64,000 nucleotides of DNA. It comes from Deltaproteobacteria bacterium. GTDB taxonomy: Bacteria; Desulfobacterota; Desulfobacteria; Desulfobacterales; JAFDCJ01. Position 1 is the stretch's first letter. Every line of letters begins with the position of its first letter. The stretch is from the NCBI GenBank assembly GCA_019312835.1, contig JAFDCJ010000333.1, forward strand, positions 303 to 64,302. Direction: 5' to 3'. Shown in pieces: positions 8,487 to 17,771 of the stretch. The notes below the pieces were generated by a model. The model had not been told where the DNA came from, made no database searches, and saw nothing but the letters and a program-made list of their open reading frames with translations. Position numbers and translations under genes: made by a program.

Positions 8487-11204
8487 TCAAGCTGGAGCCG
8501 GTGTTTCAGCATCAGAAGGTGCCTCCGACAGTTGCTCCACGTTACGCAGGCGGATATGGTTGGCGGCTTTTTGGGCGGATTCGGCCTGGCTGGATTTGCT
8601 CCGCGCCAGTTTTTCTAAAAATGCTTCCGATTTGGGGCCGCCGATATTACCAAGGGTGGAGATGGCGGCTGACAAAACCGAAGACAGATCCGGCTCGCTG
8701 GCTTTCTTGATGCGCTTTAAAAAGCCTTTTTTTTGATCCGTTGATTGGCGGGCCAGGTCGAGAATGGTGTCCTCGGCTACCTCTCGATTCGGCATATCGG
8801 TTATTCCGCCGAGGGACCTGATCAACTGAGCGGTTTTGCGGTAATGGGTGACGGCTTCCTGCGGGTCTTCAGGTGCTTCGGCGGAAATCAGGCCCAGCAA
8901 CTTGTGGATGGATCCCTCCGAAACCGGTGATAAATCCGCCAGGCCGTTTGAGGCGCGCCAGCGAACCTTGTCGTCATCATCGCCAAGCGCGGTGATGACC
9001 AGGTCTTCAACATCTGCGGCTTTTAGCTTGATGACCACATTCAGTGCCTCGTCGCGCACCCTGGGGTGCGCATGGTGCAAGAGTTTGCGGGCCCGTTCGA
9101 TATCTTTTTCGTTTTTGCCGACGTATCCGAGCAGCATCAAGGCGTTTCTTTTCAAAAACCATTTTTGCTCGGGATCATCCAGAACTTTAAATATCCAGTC
9201 CCGGACCAGGTCCCCTTTTTGGGTCAGGGCGTCCATGGCGTTTTTGCGTGCGCCACGATCCTCGCTGTCGGAAAGAATTTTACTCAAAATCTGAATGCCC
9301 TGGGGTCCCAGAAAATCGGTGATCTGGTCAACAAGGATCCGCTGGGATTCATCCGCCGCCTCATATCCGGCGACCATCTCTTCGTTGAGATCCTTAAAAA
9401 CCACCTGGAGCGGATTGGCGGGCAACCCGGGGGTGTCTTTGAACAGATTGCCGGTCTTGCTCGCTTTAGCCGTGGCTTTGGCGAGATATAAAATAACCTG
9501 CCAATCGGCCTTGGCGATCAAAGCCGGCAGGACCCGGCGCATCAGCTTCACCAGCACGGCGGCGTCATCGGGGTTATCGAGATTCAGGATCCGGTTAACA
9601 TAGCTGCGGATATGGTGCTGCACATCGATAGCCATCTTGTCGGTATTGACCAGGTATTGAACATCGGACGGCAGTTCCTCAAAAGATAGCACCTTGTTCA
9701 CATAAAGCTGTTCCAGAAAGCTCTGGGCACCGTGAACGTCTTCCAGCACCAGGCGCCTGGAAACCCACTTTAAAATTCTTCTGACACCTTCGAAACGGTT
9801 TTTGAGGGTGGGATTGTCGGGGCTGTCGACTTTCATTTCCCGCAGGCGATCGAGCTCTTCGAAAATATAGCGCGAAGTCGGCAGCAGTGAATCCAGCGGG
9901 AACCCGTCGATGATGACTTTTTCGATATCTTCGGTCTCGAGGTCCTCGACGTGCTGGGCAATGATGTAGCAATTGATAATGAGATCTTTCAAAAATTCGG
10001 GGTGCTTCAACGGGCGCAGGATGTCCTGGATGATCTGCAGCTTCATCGTCCGGATACCCTCTTGATCTTTGTTTTTAAACAGGGGCATCACCGACAGATC
10101 CTTGGCCAGGCGCTGAATGGCCATTTCCACCCGGAAGGGGAGGTTTAACTCCAGCATAATCAGATCATCAACAAAAACGGCGGAAATTTCGGTGATATCG
10201 TTCTCAATCAGCTGGTTGGACAGAAGTTCGCCGATTTTATCTCTTTCGCCCGTATCCGCCTTGGGGTCGCTCATGATATCCACAAAGCGTTCGAAATGTT
10301 CCGGGGTGATATTTTTTTTGACGGAAAAGCTGACCAGGGCCTTGCGCTTAAAATATTCCCGCAGCTTGGGCACGAAAAGCTCCGCCATGCCCGTTCCGAC
10401 CAGGGTTTTCACGTTTACGGGCTCATCCAGGATGCCGGTTATCAGGATATCGCTGTATTCACGGGTCTCCTGATGGGTGATCGTTAATTCATTGGATGCT
10501 TCCAGGCATTTTTGGAAGGCTTCGTAGAGACCCTGCTTGGCACCCGCTGCGCCGGGATGGTCCGGTGAATAATAGCCGCTTCGCAGCATGGCCTTGGTCA
10601 GGTCCATGAGAAACTCACCGGACGGCTTGGCCTTCTCACGATCTTCCAGGCTGAGTTGCTTTTTTTCAGTAACCGGCGCTGCGGCCATCTGGGCAGCCGC
10701 TTCTTTATCTCTGGCCGCCTCTTCCTGGGCAATCGCTTCACGGATCCAATCCATGGTCAAGGCGCTACCATCGGCGACGGCCTCGGAGGGTGCCGGGGCC
10801 TCGGGCGCGGCCGCAGGCTGATCGTCTGAGTCCGGCGCCACCGGGGCGGCGGTCTGCCCGCCGGGGGTATCCGATAAATTCAGCAGCATGCGGTAATAGG
10901 TGTTGGCGCTCAAAGCCTGGTTAAACTCTTTGAGAGCGGCTGCCGGACCGCCGGTGAGGCCGATGAGCATACCGGTTGGTTTCTGGAGCCTGGCAGCGGT
11001 TGGCTCATCGATGACTTTAATGACACCGCCTTCAACGCTGTGCACATCTTCAATATCCGGCACCGAAATATTTAAAGATATCCTGGTTTTCAGGGGCAGG
11101 GGGGTTTTGGTGGGGAGAAAGATCTTGCCCGTGCACAACCGCTCATAGTCTCGGAGGAATCGCTCGGCCGAAAGATAGTTGAGTTTAATGGCTTTTGTCG
11201 CCAA
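8487..11204 (-). CDS. Large helical protein with N-terminal PilZ-like domain and C-terminal HEAT repeats
   Basis: GAGAGG RBS before TTG at 11204; N-terminus LNY...FL.DY..L..G.IFLPT..PLP resembles myxobacterial PilZ-like domains; C-terminal HPRVRDEAL, DDKVRWRA HEAT repeats. Confidence 0.7.
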   Translation of the reverse strand: MATKAIKLNYLSAERFLRDYERLCTGKIFLPTKTPLPLKTRISLNISVPDIEDVHSVEGGVIKVIDEPTAARLQKPTGMLIGLTGGPAAALKEFNQALSANTYYRMLLNLSDTPGGQTAAPVAPDSDDQPAAAPEAPAPSEAVADGSALTMDWIREAIAQEEAARDKEAAAQMAAAPVTEKKQLSLEDREKAKPSGEFLMDLTKAMLRSGYYSPDHPGAAGAKQGLYEAFQKCLEASNELTITHQETREYSDILITGILDEPVNVKTLVGTGMAELFVPKLREYFKRKALVSFSVKKNITPEHFERFVDIMSDPKADTGERDKIGELLSNQLIENDITEISAVFVDDLIMLELNLPFRVEMAIQRLAKDLSVMPLFKNKDQEGIRTMKLQIIQDILRPLKHPEFLKDLIINCYIIAQHVEDLETEDIEKVIIDGFPLDSLLPTSRYIFEELDRLREMKVDSPDNPTLKNRFEGVRRILKWVSRRLVLEDVHGAQSFLEQLYVNKVLSFEELPSDVQYLVNTDKMAIDVQHHIRSYVNRILNLDNPDDAAVLVKLMRRVLPALIAKADWQVILYLAKATAKASKTGNLFKDTPGLPANPLQVVFKDLNEEMVAGYEAADESQRILVDQITDFLGPQGIQILSKILSDSEDRGARKNAMDALTQKGDLVRDWIFKVLDDPEQKWFLKRNALMLLGYVGKNEKDIERARKLLHHAHPRVRDEALNVVIKLKAADVEDLVITALGDDDDKVRWRASNGLADLSPVSEGSIHKLLGLISAEAPEDPQEAVTHYRKTAQLIRSLGGITDMPNREVAEDTILDLARQSTDQKKGFLKRIKKASEPDLSSVLSAAISTLGNIGGPKSEAFLEKLARSKSSQAESAQKAANHIRLRNVEQLSEAPSDAETPAPA

Positions 11205-11419
11205 GATGACCTCTCTAATCTTGATTATATATAAACGGTGCCTGAATTCAGAAAAAGTGGGTTGCACCCTTGCCGAATTTAGCTTAACGTTTTAGCTAGC
11301 GATTGTGCGATCCCTGTCGGGGAAATGGTTTTTGATTTTGAAACAATCAAAAAATCTTATATTATCTGGTAATTATAGCCGACAGTCTCTAAAATGTCAA
11401 TTAATTGAAGGGATACGAT

Positions 11420-13246
11420 ATGACTGCAACAATGATAGCTGCCAGAAAGGAAATACCCGATGAGCATAAATGGGACCTGGCACCGTTGTTTGAAACCGGA
11501 GAGGCCTGGGAACAGTTATTTATTCAGGTTGAAAAGGATTTAACGCATTACGAGACTTATCGGGGTCGTCTCAAAGATGGCGTTCGTCTTTTCAAAGCCG
11601 CGGTTGAATTTCATCTGGACCTGACCCGCAGAATTGAACGATTGTATACCTATGCCCATCTAAAAAGTGACGAGGATAAGTCCAACCAATTTTTCCTGGG
11701 GCTGCACGAAAAGGCCCTGAATGTCTTCACGCGTGCTTCGGAAATGGCCAGCTTCATGACGCCTGAAATCCAATCCCTGCCGGATGCGGTGGTCAACCGG
11801 TACCTGGGGGACGAATCCCTCGGCGAATACAAATTTTATCTGGAAAAAATTTTGCGTCACAAACCCCACACCCGCAACGCATCAGAAGAACAGATTCTGG
11901 CCATGAGCCGCGAGGTTGCCGCTGCCCCCTCGCAGGTTTTCGGTCAGCTGGACAATGTGGATCTAAAATTTGGTACCGTTGCCGATGAGAACGGTCATCA
12001 AATTGAATTAAGCCATGGAAACTTTATGACGTTTCTCATTAACCCCCATCGCGATGTTCGCAAAAAGGTGTTCTTCCAGTACTATCAGGCCTACCAGGAT
12101 CATCAGTATACCCTGGCGGCAACGTTGGCCCACTCGGTAAAAAAAGACCTCTTTTACAGCCGGGCCAGAAATTTTGAGAATTGCCGGATTGCAGCCCTTT
12201 TCGGCGACAACGTTCCGGAGGCTGTGTATGACAACCTGATCGCAACCGTTAAAGCCAACCTTCAGCCGCTTTTCAAATATCTTGGCTTCCGCAGGTCGGT
12301 TCTGGGGATTGAAGCGCTTCATTTTTATGACACCTATGTCCCGATCATTTCAGATGTTCAGTTCCACATGCCTTACGAGGAGGCGGTGGCGGTCTGTGCC
12401 AGCGCCGTGCAGCCCCTGGGAGATGACTATGCCCGGATTCTCAGAGACGGTCTTTTGTCAGGGTGGGTCGACCGCTACGAAAACCGGGGCAAGCGAAGCG
12501 GCGCCTATTCTTCGGGCTGTTATGATTCGCCGCCGTATATTTTGCTGAACTACGAGGAGAATAACATCAACAGTCTTTACACCCTGATCCACGAGGCCGG
12601 GCACTCCATGCATTCCTATTTTTCCAGAAAGCACCAGCCCTATGTCGACCATGAATATACCATATTCGTGGCGGAAGTGGCCTCCACTTTCAATGAAGAC
12701 CTTCTCAGCCGATATTTGCTGAACCTTTACAAAGAAGATCCGAAGATGAAGGCCTACATCCTCAACCGTGAAATCGACAACATCCGGGCCACCCTGTTCA
12801 GGCAGACCATGTTTGCCGAATTTGAAAAGGCCAGCCATGCGGTGGTCGAAGCCAATGAGCCCCTGACCCTGGAGGTCATGACCGCCATCTACCGCCAGTT
12901 GCTCGAGACCTATTTCGGCGACACCCTGGTGCTGGATCCCGAGCTGTCCCTGGAGTATCTGCGGATTCCGCACTTCTACTCAGCTTTTTATGTTTACAAA
13001 TATGCCACCGGGTTATCGGCGGCCCTGGCGCTGGCGGATAAGGTTGTCAGCGCGGGAGAACCGGCGCGGCGGGCCTATCTGGATTTTTTAAAATTGGGCG
13101 GCAGCAAATTCCCGCTGGATGAATTGCGGCAGGCCGGCGTCGACATGAACTCGGCAGCACCGATCGAAAAGGCAATCGCCCATTTTGATCATTTGGTCGA
13201 TGCCCTGGTTGAAATCATGGACGGCCACAGCTTATTTTCCGGGTGA
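11420..13246 (+). CDS. pepF: Oligoendopeptidase F (M3B)
   Basis: RKEIPDEHKWDL N-terminus, GKRSGAYS, HEAGH Zn motif, FVAEVAS, RIPHFY..FYVYKYATG. Confidence 0.95.
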   Translation: MTATMIAARKEIPDEHKWDLAPLFETGEAWEQLFIQVEKDLTHYETYRGRLKDGVRLFKAAVEFHLDLTRRIERLYTYAHLKSDEDKSNQFFLGLHEKALNVFTRASEMASFMTPEIQSLPDAVVNRYLGDESLGEYKFYLEKILRHKPHTRNASEEQILAMSREVAAAPSQVFGQLDNVDLKFGTVADENGHQIELSHGNFMTFLINPHRDVRKKVFFQYYQAYQDHQYTLAATLAHSVKKDLFYSRARNFENCRIAALFGDNVPEAVYDNLIATVKANLQPLFKYLGFRRSVLGIEALHFYDTYVPIISDVQFHMPYEEAVAVCASAVQPLGDDYARILRDGLLSGWVDRYENRGKRSGAYSSGCYDSPPYILLNYEENNINSLYTLIHEAGHSMHSYFSRKHQPYVDHEYTIFVAEVASTFNEDLLSRYLLNLYKEDPKMKAYILNREIDNIRATLFRQTMFAEFEKASHAVVEANEPLTLEVMTAIYRQLLETYFGDTLVLDPELSLEYLRIPHFYSAFYVYKYATGLSAALALADKVVSAGEPARRAYLDFLKLGGSKFPLDELRQAGVDMNSAAPIEKAIAHFDHLVDALVEIMDGHSLFSG

Positions 13247-13265
13247 AGCGAGTCGGCCGTGCGGT

Positions 13266-14702
13266 TTATTGCCCCTGGCCGGCGCGCATTTTTTTGAAAT
13301 CCTCCTTGTGCAGGCCAAGGTGCTTCATTTTGTTGTATAATCCTCTGGGATGAATGCCGGCAATCCGTGCCGCCCGGTCAACCCGTCCCCCGGTTCTGGT
13401 TAGAACGCGCTGCAGGTAAATTCGTTCAATTCGGTCCATGATGTCCTTTTGCAGCTGCGGCAATGGCCGATCAAGCCAATTACCACCACTCAAATTGCCG
13501 TTAGGCAAAAATGTCTCCAGGGCTTGCGCCCCGGCCTGAAAGACGGTGGGCAACTGGTCCATACCGATTTCCTTGGTTTTGCAGAGCAGCATGGCGCGCT
13601 CGATCACATTCATCAACTCACGCACGTTTCCCGGCCAGTCGTAATTACAGAGAGCCTTCATGGCGTCATTCGAGAAGCTGCCGATCTCGCGGCCGATTTT
13701 ATACCGGAAATACGTCGTAAATCGCCGGGTCAGCGCCGGGATATCCTCTTTGCGCTCCCGCAAAGAGGGAATGGTCAGCATCAGGACCCCCAGACGGTAA
13801 TAAAGGTCCTGGCGAAACCTGCCACTGGCAACCGCCTCTTCCAGGTTCTGGTTCGTGGCTGCGATGACCCGCAAATCCAGATCAAGGGTTTTTTCCCCGC
13901 CGATGGGCTTTACTTCATAATTTTGAAGAACCTGCAGCAGCTTTGTTTGCAAATGCAGTGGCATCTCGCCGATTTCATCCAGAAATATGGTGCCACCATG
14001 AGCCAGCTCAAAGGCGCCGCGGCGGTAGCGGATTGCACCGGTAAAAGCCCCCTGCTCATGGCCGAACAGCTCGCTTTCAAGCAGCTGCTCGGGCATCGCC
14101 GCTGTGTTGACCGAGATAAAAGGGCCCATATGGCGTGGGCTGTCGGCATGAATGGCTTTGGCCAGATGTTCCTTGCCGACACCGGTTTCGCCGATCAGCA
14201 GAATGGGGGAGTCACTGGGAATGATCTGATGAACTTCCTCCATGAAGATACGCATCGCGGGGCTTTCGGTGACGAAATCGGATATCCTCGGTTCAAAAAG
14301 GCCCCGGCGATCAAAACGCTTGCGCTGGATGAACTGGCGGCGTGATTCCAGTGCGGACTCAATGGCTTCATATATCCTTTTCTTTGAAATGTCAGCGTAC
14401 AGAACGACATCGGCCCCGGCAGCTGCCAGGCGGGCATGTTCTTCCGGGGAATCGTCGGAGTGAATAATAACCGTCGTCGGGTTCTCGGGCAATTGATTGA
14501 GCATGGCAATACCGCTGTCAATCGGCTTGGGGATAAATTCGGCACTGATGATGATCATGTCGCAGCCGCTGTGCAGCACCTTGCGCCAGATAGTTCGCGG
14601 GTGGTTGAATGTCTCTACCCCGACATCGGTTTCTGGCAGATGACGCTGCAAATGACGCTGCAAACCGTCTTCCTTAACGGCCAAGGCAACACGGAGAATC
14701 AT
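13266..14702 (-). CDS. sigma54-dependent transcriptional activator (NtrC/Fis family) with degenerate receiver-like N-terminus
   Basis: GETGVGKE Walker A, ESELFGHEQGAFTGA, FLDEIGEM, FRQDLYYRL, WPGNVREL, C-terminal AARIAGI HTH. Confidence 0.95.
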   Translation of the reverse strand: MILRVALAVKEDGLQRHLQRHLPETDVGVETFNHPRTIWRKVLHSGCDMIIISAEFIPKPIDSGIAMLNQLPENPTTVIIHSDDSPEEHARLAAAGADVVLYADISKKRIYEAIESALESRRQFIQRKRFDRRGLFEPRISDFVTESPAMRIFMEEVHQIIPSDSPILLIGETGVGKEHLAKAIHADSPRHMGPFISVNTAAMPEQLLESELFGHEQGAFTGAIRYRRGAFELAHGGTIFLDEIGEMPLHLQTKLLQVLQNYEVKPIGGEKTLDLDLRVIAATNQNLEEAVASGRFRQDLYYRLGVLMLTIPSLRERKEDIPALTRRFTTYFRYKIGREIGSFSNDAMKALCNYDWPGNVRELMNVIERAMLLCKTKEIGMDQLPTVFQAGAQALETFLPNGNLSGGNWLDRPLPQLQKDIMDRIERIYLQRVLTRTGGRVDRAARIAGIHPRGLYNKMKHLGLHKEDFKKMRAGQGQ

Positions 14703-15032
14703 TCGGCTCCTCCTTTAACAGGTGAAGCCCGATTCCAGGACGGCCGGTATTTCAGTATTTTCATACCGAAATCTTCACCGACCGGCCTTTGTCGGAACGC
14801 TTCTGCTGAAAATTTTAACTGTTTGTAATTAAATATTAAAATGGAAACATTTTTGGGCTGCCAGCGGATCATACACATCGCGCCCACTTCCAGTTAACTT
14901 TACGGTAAATATTTTCTGTTTGCAACATAAATCGGTATATTCTTTCTTTTTTTCCGCTTGAAATTCGCATCCAGTAAATGGCATTTAATAGTAATTCTGA
15001 TTATATCAGTATGTTACAAAATAACTATAAAA

Positions 15033-15049
15033 TTGGCACGGAAAATGTA
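15033..15049 (+). promoter_or_regulatory. Putative sigma54 (-24/-12) promoter for the 15106..19079 operon
   Basis: TTGGCACGGAAAATGTA: strong -24 element (TGGCACG), imperfect -12 (ATGT versus TTGC) at the correct spacing; divergent from a sigma54 activator. Confidence 0.6.
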
Positions 15050-15105
15050 TGGCAGGTCGATTAGGACGTTTTGAACACAGAACCAATGGTTGAAAGGGAG
15101 GCTTC

Positions 15106-15531
15106 ATGCTTATATCACAAACGGTTGAGAACAACCCGTGGAAAAAGAATTGGGAAAATGACCGGCCGGCTGTCACCGCCATGGTGTGGGGCATTGCTGC
15201 GTCTGTCGACATATATGATTGCACACCCTGGATAATTCGCAGCGAGACGGCAATCCGCCGGTTTGTCATCGAGCTCTGCGAGTTGATCCAGATGAAACGC
15301 TTCGGCGATACCCAGATCGTGCACTTTGGCGAAGAAGAGCGCGTCGCCGGGTATTCAATGGTGCAGCTGATCGAAACTTCTCTGATTTCGGCCCATTTTG
15401 CCAACCTGACCCATACGGCCTACCTGGACGTGTTCAGCTGCAAAGCTTATGATCCCGAAGTAGTGCAAGCCTTTTCACAAAAATATTTTGGCGGAAGCCA
15501 CAGCATTCTAAACGTTACCATGAGACGCTAG
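15106..15531 (+). CDS. S-adenosylmethionine decarboxylase (SpeD/SpeH)-family pyruvoyl proenzyme; substrate uncertain
   Basis: AGGGAGG RBS; D.Y.C, HFG...GYS..QLIETS.ISAH, AYLDVFSC motifs of the AdoMet_dc fold. Confidence 0.8.
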   Translation: MLISQTVENNPWKKNWENDRPAVTAMVWGIAASVDIYDCTPWIIRSETAIRRFVIELCELIQMKRFGDTQIVHFGEEERVAGYSMVQLIETSLISAHFANLTHTAYLDVFSCKAYDPEVVQAFSQKYFGGSHSILNVTMRR

Positions 15532-15541
15532 GAGGGCGGCG

Positions 15542-16510
15542 ATGTTCAAAATAAGTGCCATACAGGATCTTCAACTGGCCGAAACATTATGGCAACGCTA
15601 CTGGCCAAGGCAATGCCTGTTTGACTTATGGCCGGTCAGAGCGTGTTTTCAGGCGCATTTCAACCACAATCCGTATTTCCTGGTTGCCAGCGATAACGAT
15701 TCGTTCCAGGGAATGCTGGCATTGAGCTGGATCGATGAAGAGCAGTGTTTCGGGCATTTTCCGGGTGAGCTGTGGCATGGCAAGACATGGCTGGAGCAAA
15801 ACAGGGTGATTGCTGACAACTCATGGGTGACCAGGGCACTGATCGACCACATTCCATCGGCCTTTAAGATCAGATACCTGAGCCCTGACACTCTGCCGCC
15901 CACTGGAACCAGCCTGACCGTTGATGAAATTGGGTACCTGTTTTATCCACCGCAATACGGCTATTCCTATCAGGAATATCTGCAGGGCTTTTCGGGGAAA
16001 TCGCGCAAAAACATTCGCCGTGAACTGGAGCGTCTGCATGAACGTGGCGTGACCTATCGCTACGACCAGCTGGCGGACATTGACATAATGCTCCGTCTAA
16101 ATCTGGAGAGCTTCAAGGATCAATCCTATTTCGCGGATCCCCGATTTTTAAACGCGTTTGAGCAGCTTTTCAACTGGCTGCATGCCCATCATATGCTGCG
16201 CGTGACAACCGTTGTCATCGGGGGCACGGTTGCCGCGGTGGACGTGGGTGCCGTCTGGAATTCGCGCTATGTCGTCCTGGCCGGCGGCACGCACCGTGAT
16301 TTTCCAGGTGTTGCCAAACTAATCAATTTTCACCATTTTGAACGCTCCTGCCGCGAGCGATTGGCGGTGGTCGACTTTCTGTGCGGTGATTTCAACTGGA
16401 AAGCCAGATTTCACCTGAGTCCCCGTCCGCTTTACCAGATAACGGGCCAGCCGGCCATGGCATTCCAGCCGGACGAAATTTTCGAGCAAAGAGCGATCCG
16501 TGCCTGGTAA
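15542..16510 (+). CDS. GNAT-fold protein (Acetyltransf_6 / FemAB-like)
   Basis: YQEYLQGFSGKSRKNIRRE, C-terminal GVAKLINF..F...C....VVDFLCGDFNWK pattern. Confidence 0.7.
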   Translation: MFKISAIQDLQLAETLWQRYWPRQCLFDLWPVRACFQAHFNHNPYFLVASDNDSFQGMLALSWIDEEQCFGHFPGELWHGKTWLEQNRVIADNSWVTRALIDHIPSAFKIRYLSPDTLPPTGTSLTVDEIGYLFYPPQYGYSYQEYLQGFSGKSRKNIRRELERLHERGVTYRYDQLADIDIMLRLNLESFKDQSYFADPRFLNAFEQLFNWLHAHHMLRVTTVVIGGTVAAVDVGAVWNSRYVVLAGGTHRDFPGVAKLINFHHFERSCRERLAVVDFLCGDFNWKARFHLSPRPLYQITGQPAMAFQPDEIFEQRAIRAW

Positions 16511-17768
16511 AACGCATGTCCTGGTAGTCGGAACGACCGCCGACTACATCGACTGGATTCGCAACAGCTATCCGGAGCAGGCGCTGTTTCTCACCGAGCC
16601 CCATGTGCGCCGCCAGGCCAAGGAACCCTGCCCATCGCCTACCGAAGAGATATTATGCTCGCTGGATGACGACAGCCATTGCCGGCAGTTGCTGGATCAG
16701 CACCTCAAGCGCTATGGGTTCAGCCTGGACGGTGTGGCCTGTTTCGACTGCGAATCAATGGAACTGGCCGCCAGGCTGGCCCGGCATTATCAGCTGCCAT
16801 ACCCGTCGGTGGCGGCAGTCAATAACTGTCACAACAAGGATGTCGCCAAGCGCCTCTGGCGGTCGCATCATCTTCAAACGCCCAAAGCCCGAGCAGTCGG
16901 CACACGAGAGGAGGCGGTTGCTTTTTTCGAAGAGCTCGGCTCCGCTTGCGTTCTCAAACCGATTTGCGGCAGCGGCAGCGAGTTTGTCTATTACTGCGAT
17001 AGCCCCCGGTCCTGTGGACAAAATTTCGAGCTAATCCGGCAGGGACTCGCGCGCCGCCGCAACGACCCCCTGTACAAGCACCTGCCTGTCGATGGGCCCC
17101 AAATCCTGGTGGAAGAATACATTGCGGGAGACGAATACAGCTGTGATTTCCTGTTGGAGAATCAAAGCGCCCAGATTATCCGGCTTACCCGTAAGATTGT
17201 CTCTTCGGATTCGGCTTTTGGAACGGCACGCGGCTATCTGCTGACATCGGCGGTGCCCGCCCCAATCGGCAGCATCGACCGGCTGCACGACGTCCTATAC
17301 CGCAGTGCCACCGCCCTGGGCCTTGCGAGGGCCATCTGTATGCTGGATTTTATGATTTTTGAGGGGCGCGTCGTTCTGCTGGAGCTGGCCCCCCGCCCGG
17401 GGGGAGATTGTCTGCCCTTTTTGTTGCGACGGGGCTGCGATCTGGATATCCTGAAGCTGTTTCTGGATTTCTGCCGGCAGAGGCCGCTGCAATGGAAGCC
17501 ATTTTCAGATTCCCGTGCATTTCTGGCGATGCGTCTGCATGCGGACAGGAGCGGAATTCTGAGAAAAATCGATCGACAGCGCCTGGAGCAGGATGCGCGG
17601 GTAAGAGAGATCCATTTGACCCGCCAACCGGGACATCGGATCAAGATGCCGCCGCAGGACTATGACTCCTGGCTTTTGGGGCACATTATCTTTGAGCCGG
17701 ATGTCGCCGACACAGTGGAAGCGCAGTGCCTGGCGCTGTTAGACAAGTTAATCGTGGAGGTTGAATAA
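16500..17768 (+). CDS. ATP-grasp ligase
   Basis: CHNKDVAK, VLKPICGSGSE, LVEEYIAGDEYS, MLDF...LLELAPRPGG; overlaps the upstream stop (translational coupling). Confidence 0.85.
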   Translation: MPGKTHVLVVGTTADYIDWIRNSYPEQALFLTEPHVRRQAKEPCPSPTEEILCSLDDDSHCRQLLDQHLKRYGFSLDGVACFDCESMELAARLARHYQLPYPSVAAVNNCHNKDVAKRLWRSHHLQTPKARAVGTREEAVAFFEELGSACVLKPICGSGSEFVYYCDSPRSCGQNFELIRQGLARRRNDPLYKHLPVDGPQILVEEYIAGDEYSCDFLLENQSAQIIRLTRKIVSSDSAFGTARGYLLTSAVPAPIGSIDRLHDVLYRSATALGLARAICMLDFMIFEGRVVLLELAPRPGGDCLPFLLRRGCDLDILKLFLDFCRQRPLQWKPFSDSRAFLAMRLHADRSGILRKIDRQRLEQDARVREIHLTRQPGHRIKMPPQDYDSWLLGHIIFEPDVADTVEAQCLALLDKLIVEVE

Positions 17769-17771
17769 GTT

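Noticed and set aside
8397-8618. 73-aa ORF MTETRLEFRILVIGICL...
   Set aside because: Translation of the palindromic repeat arm, overlapping the HEAT gene in antisense
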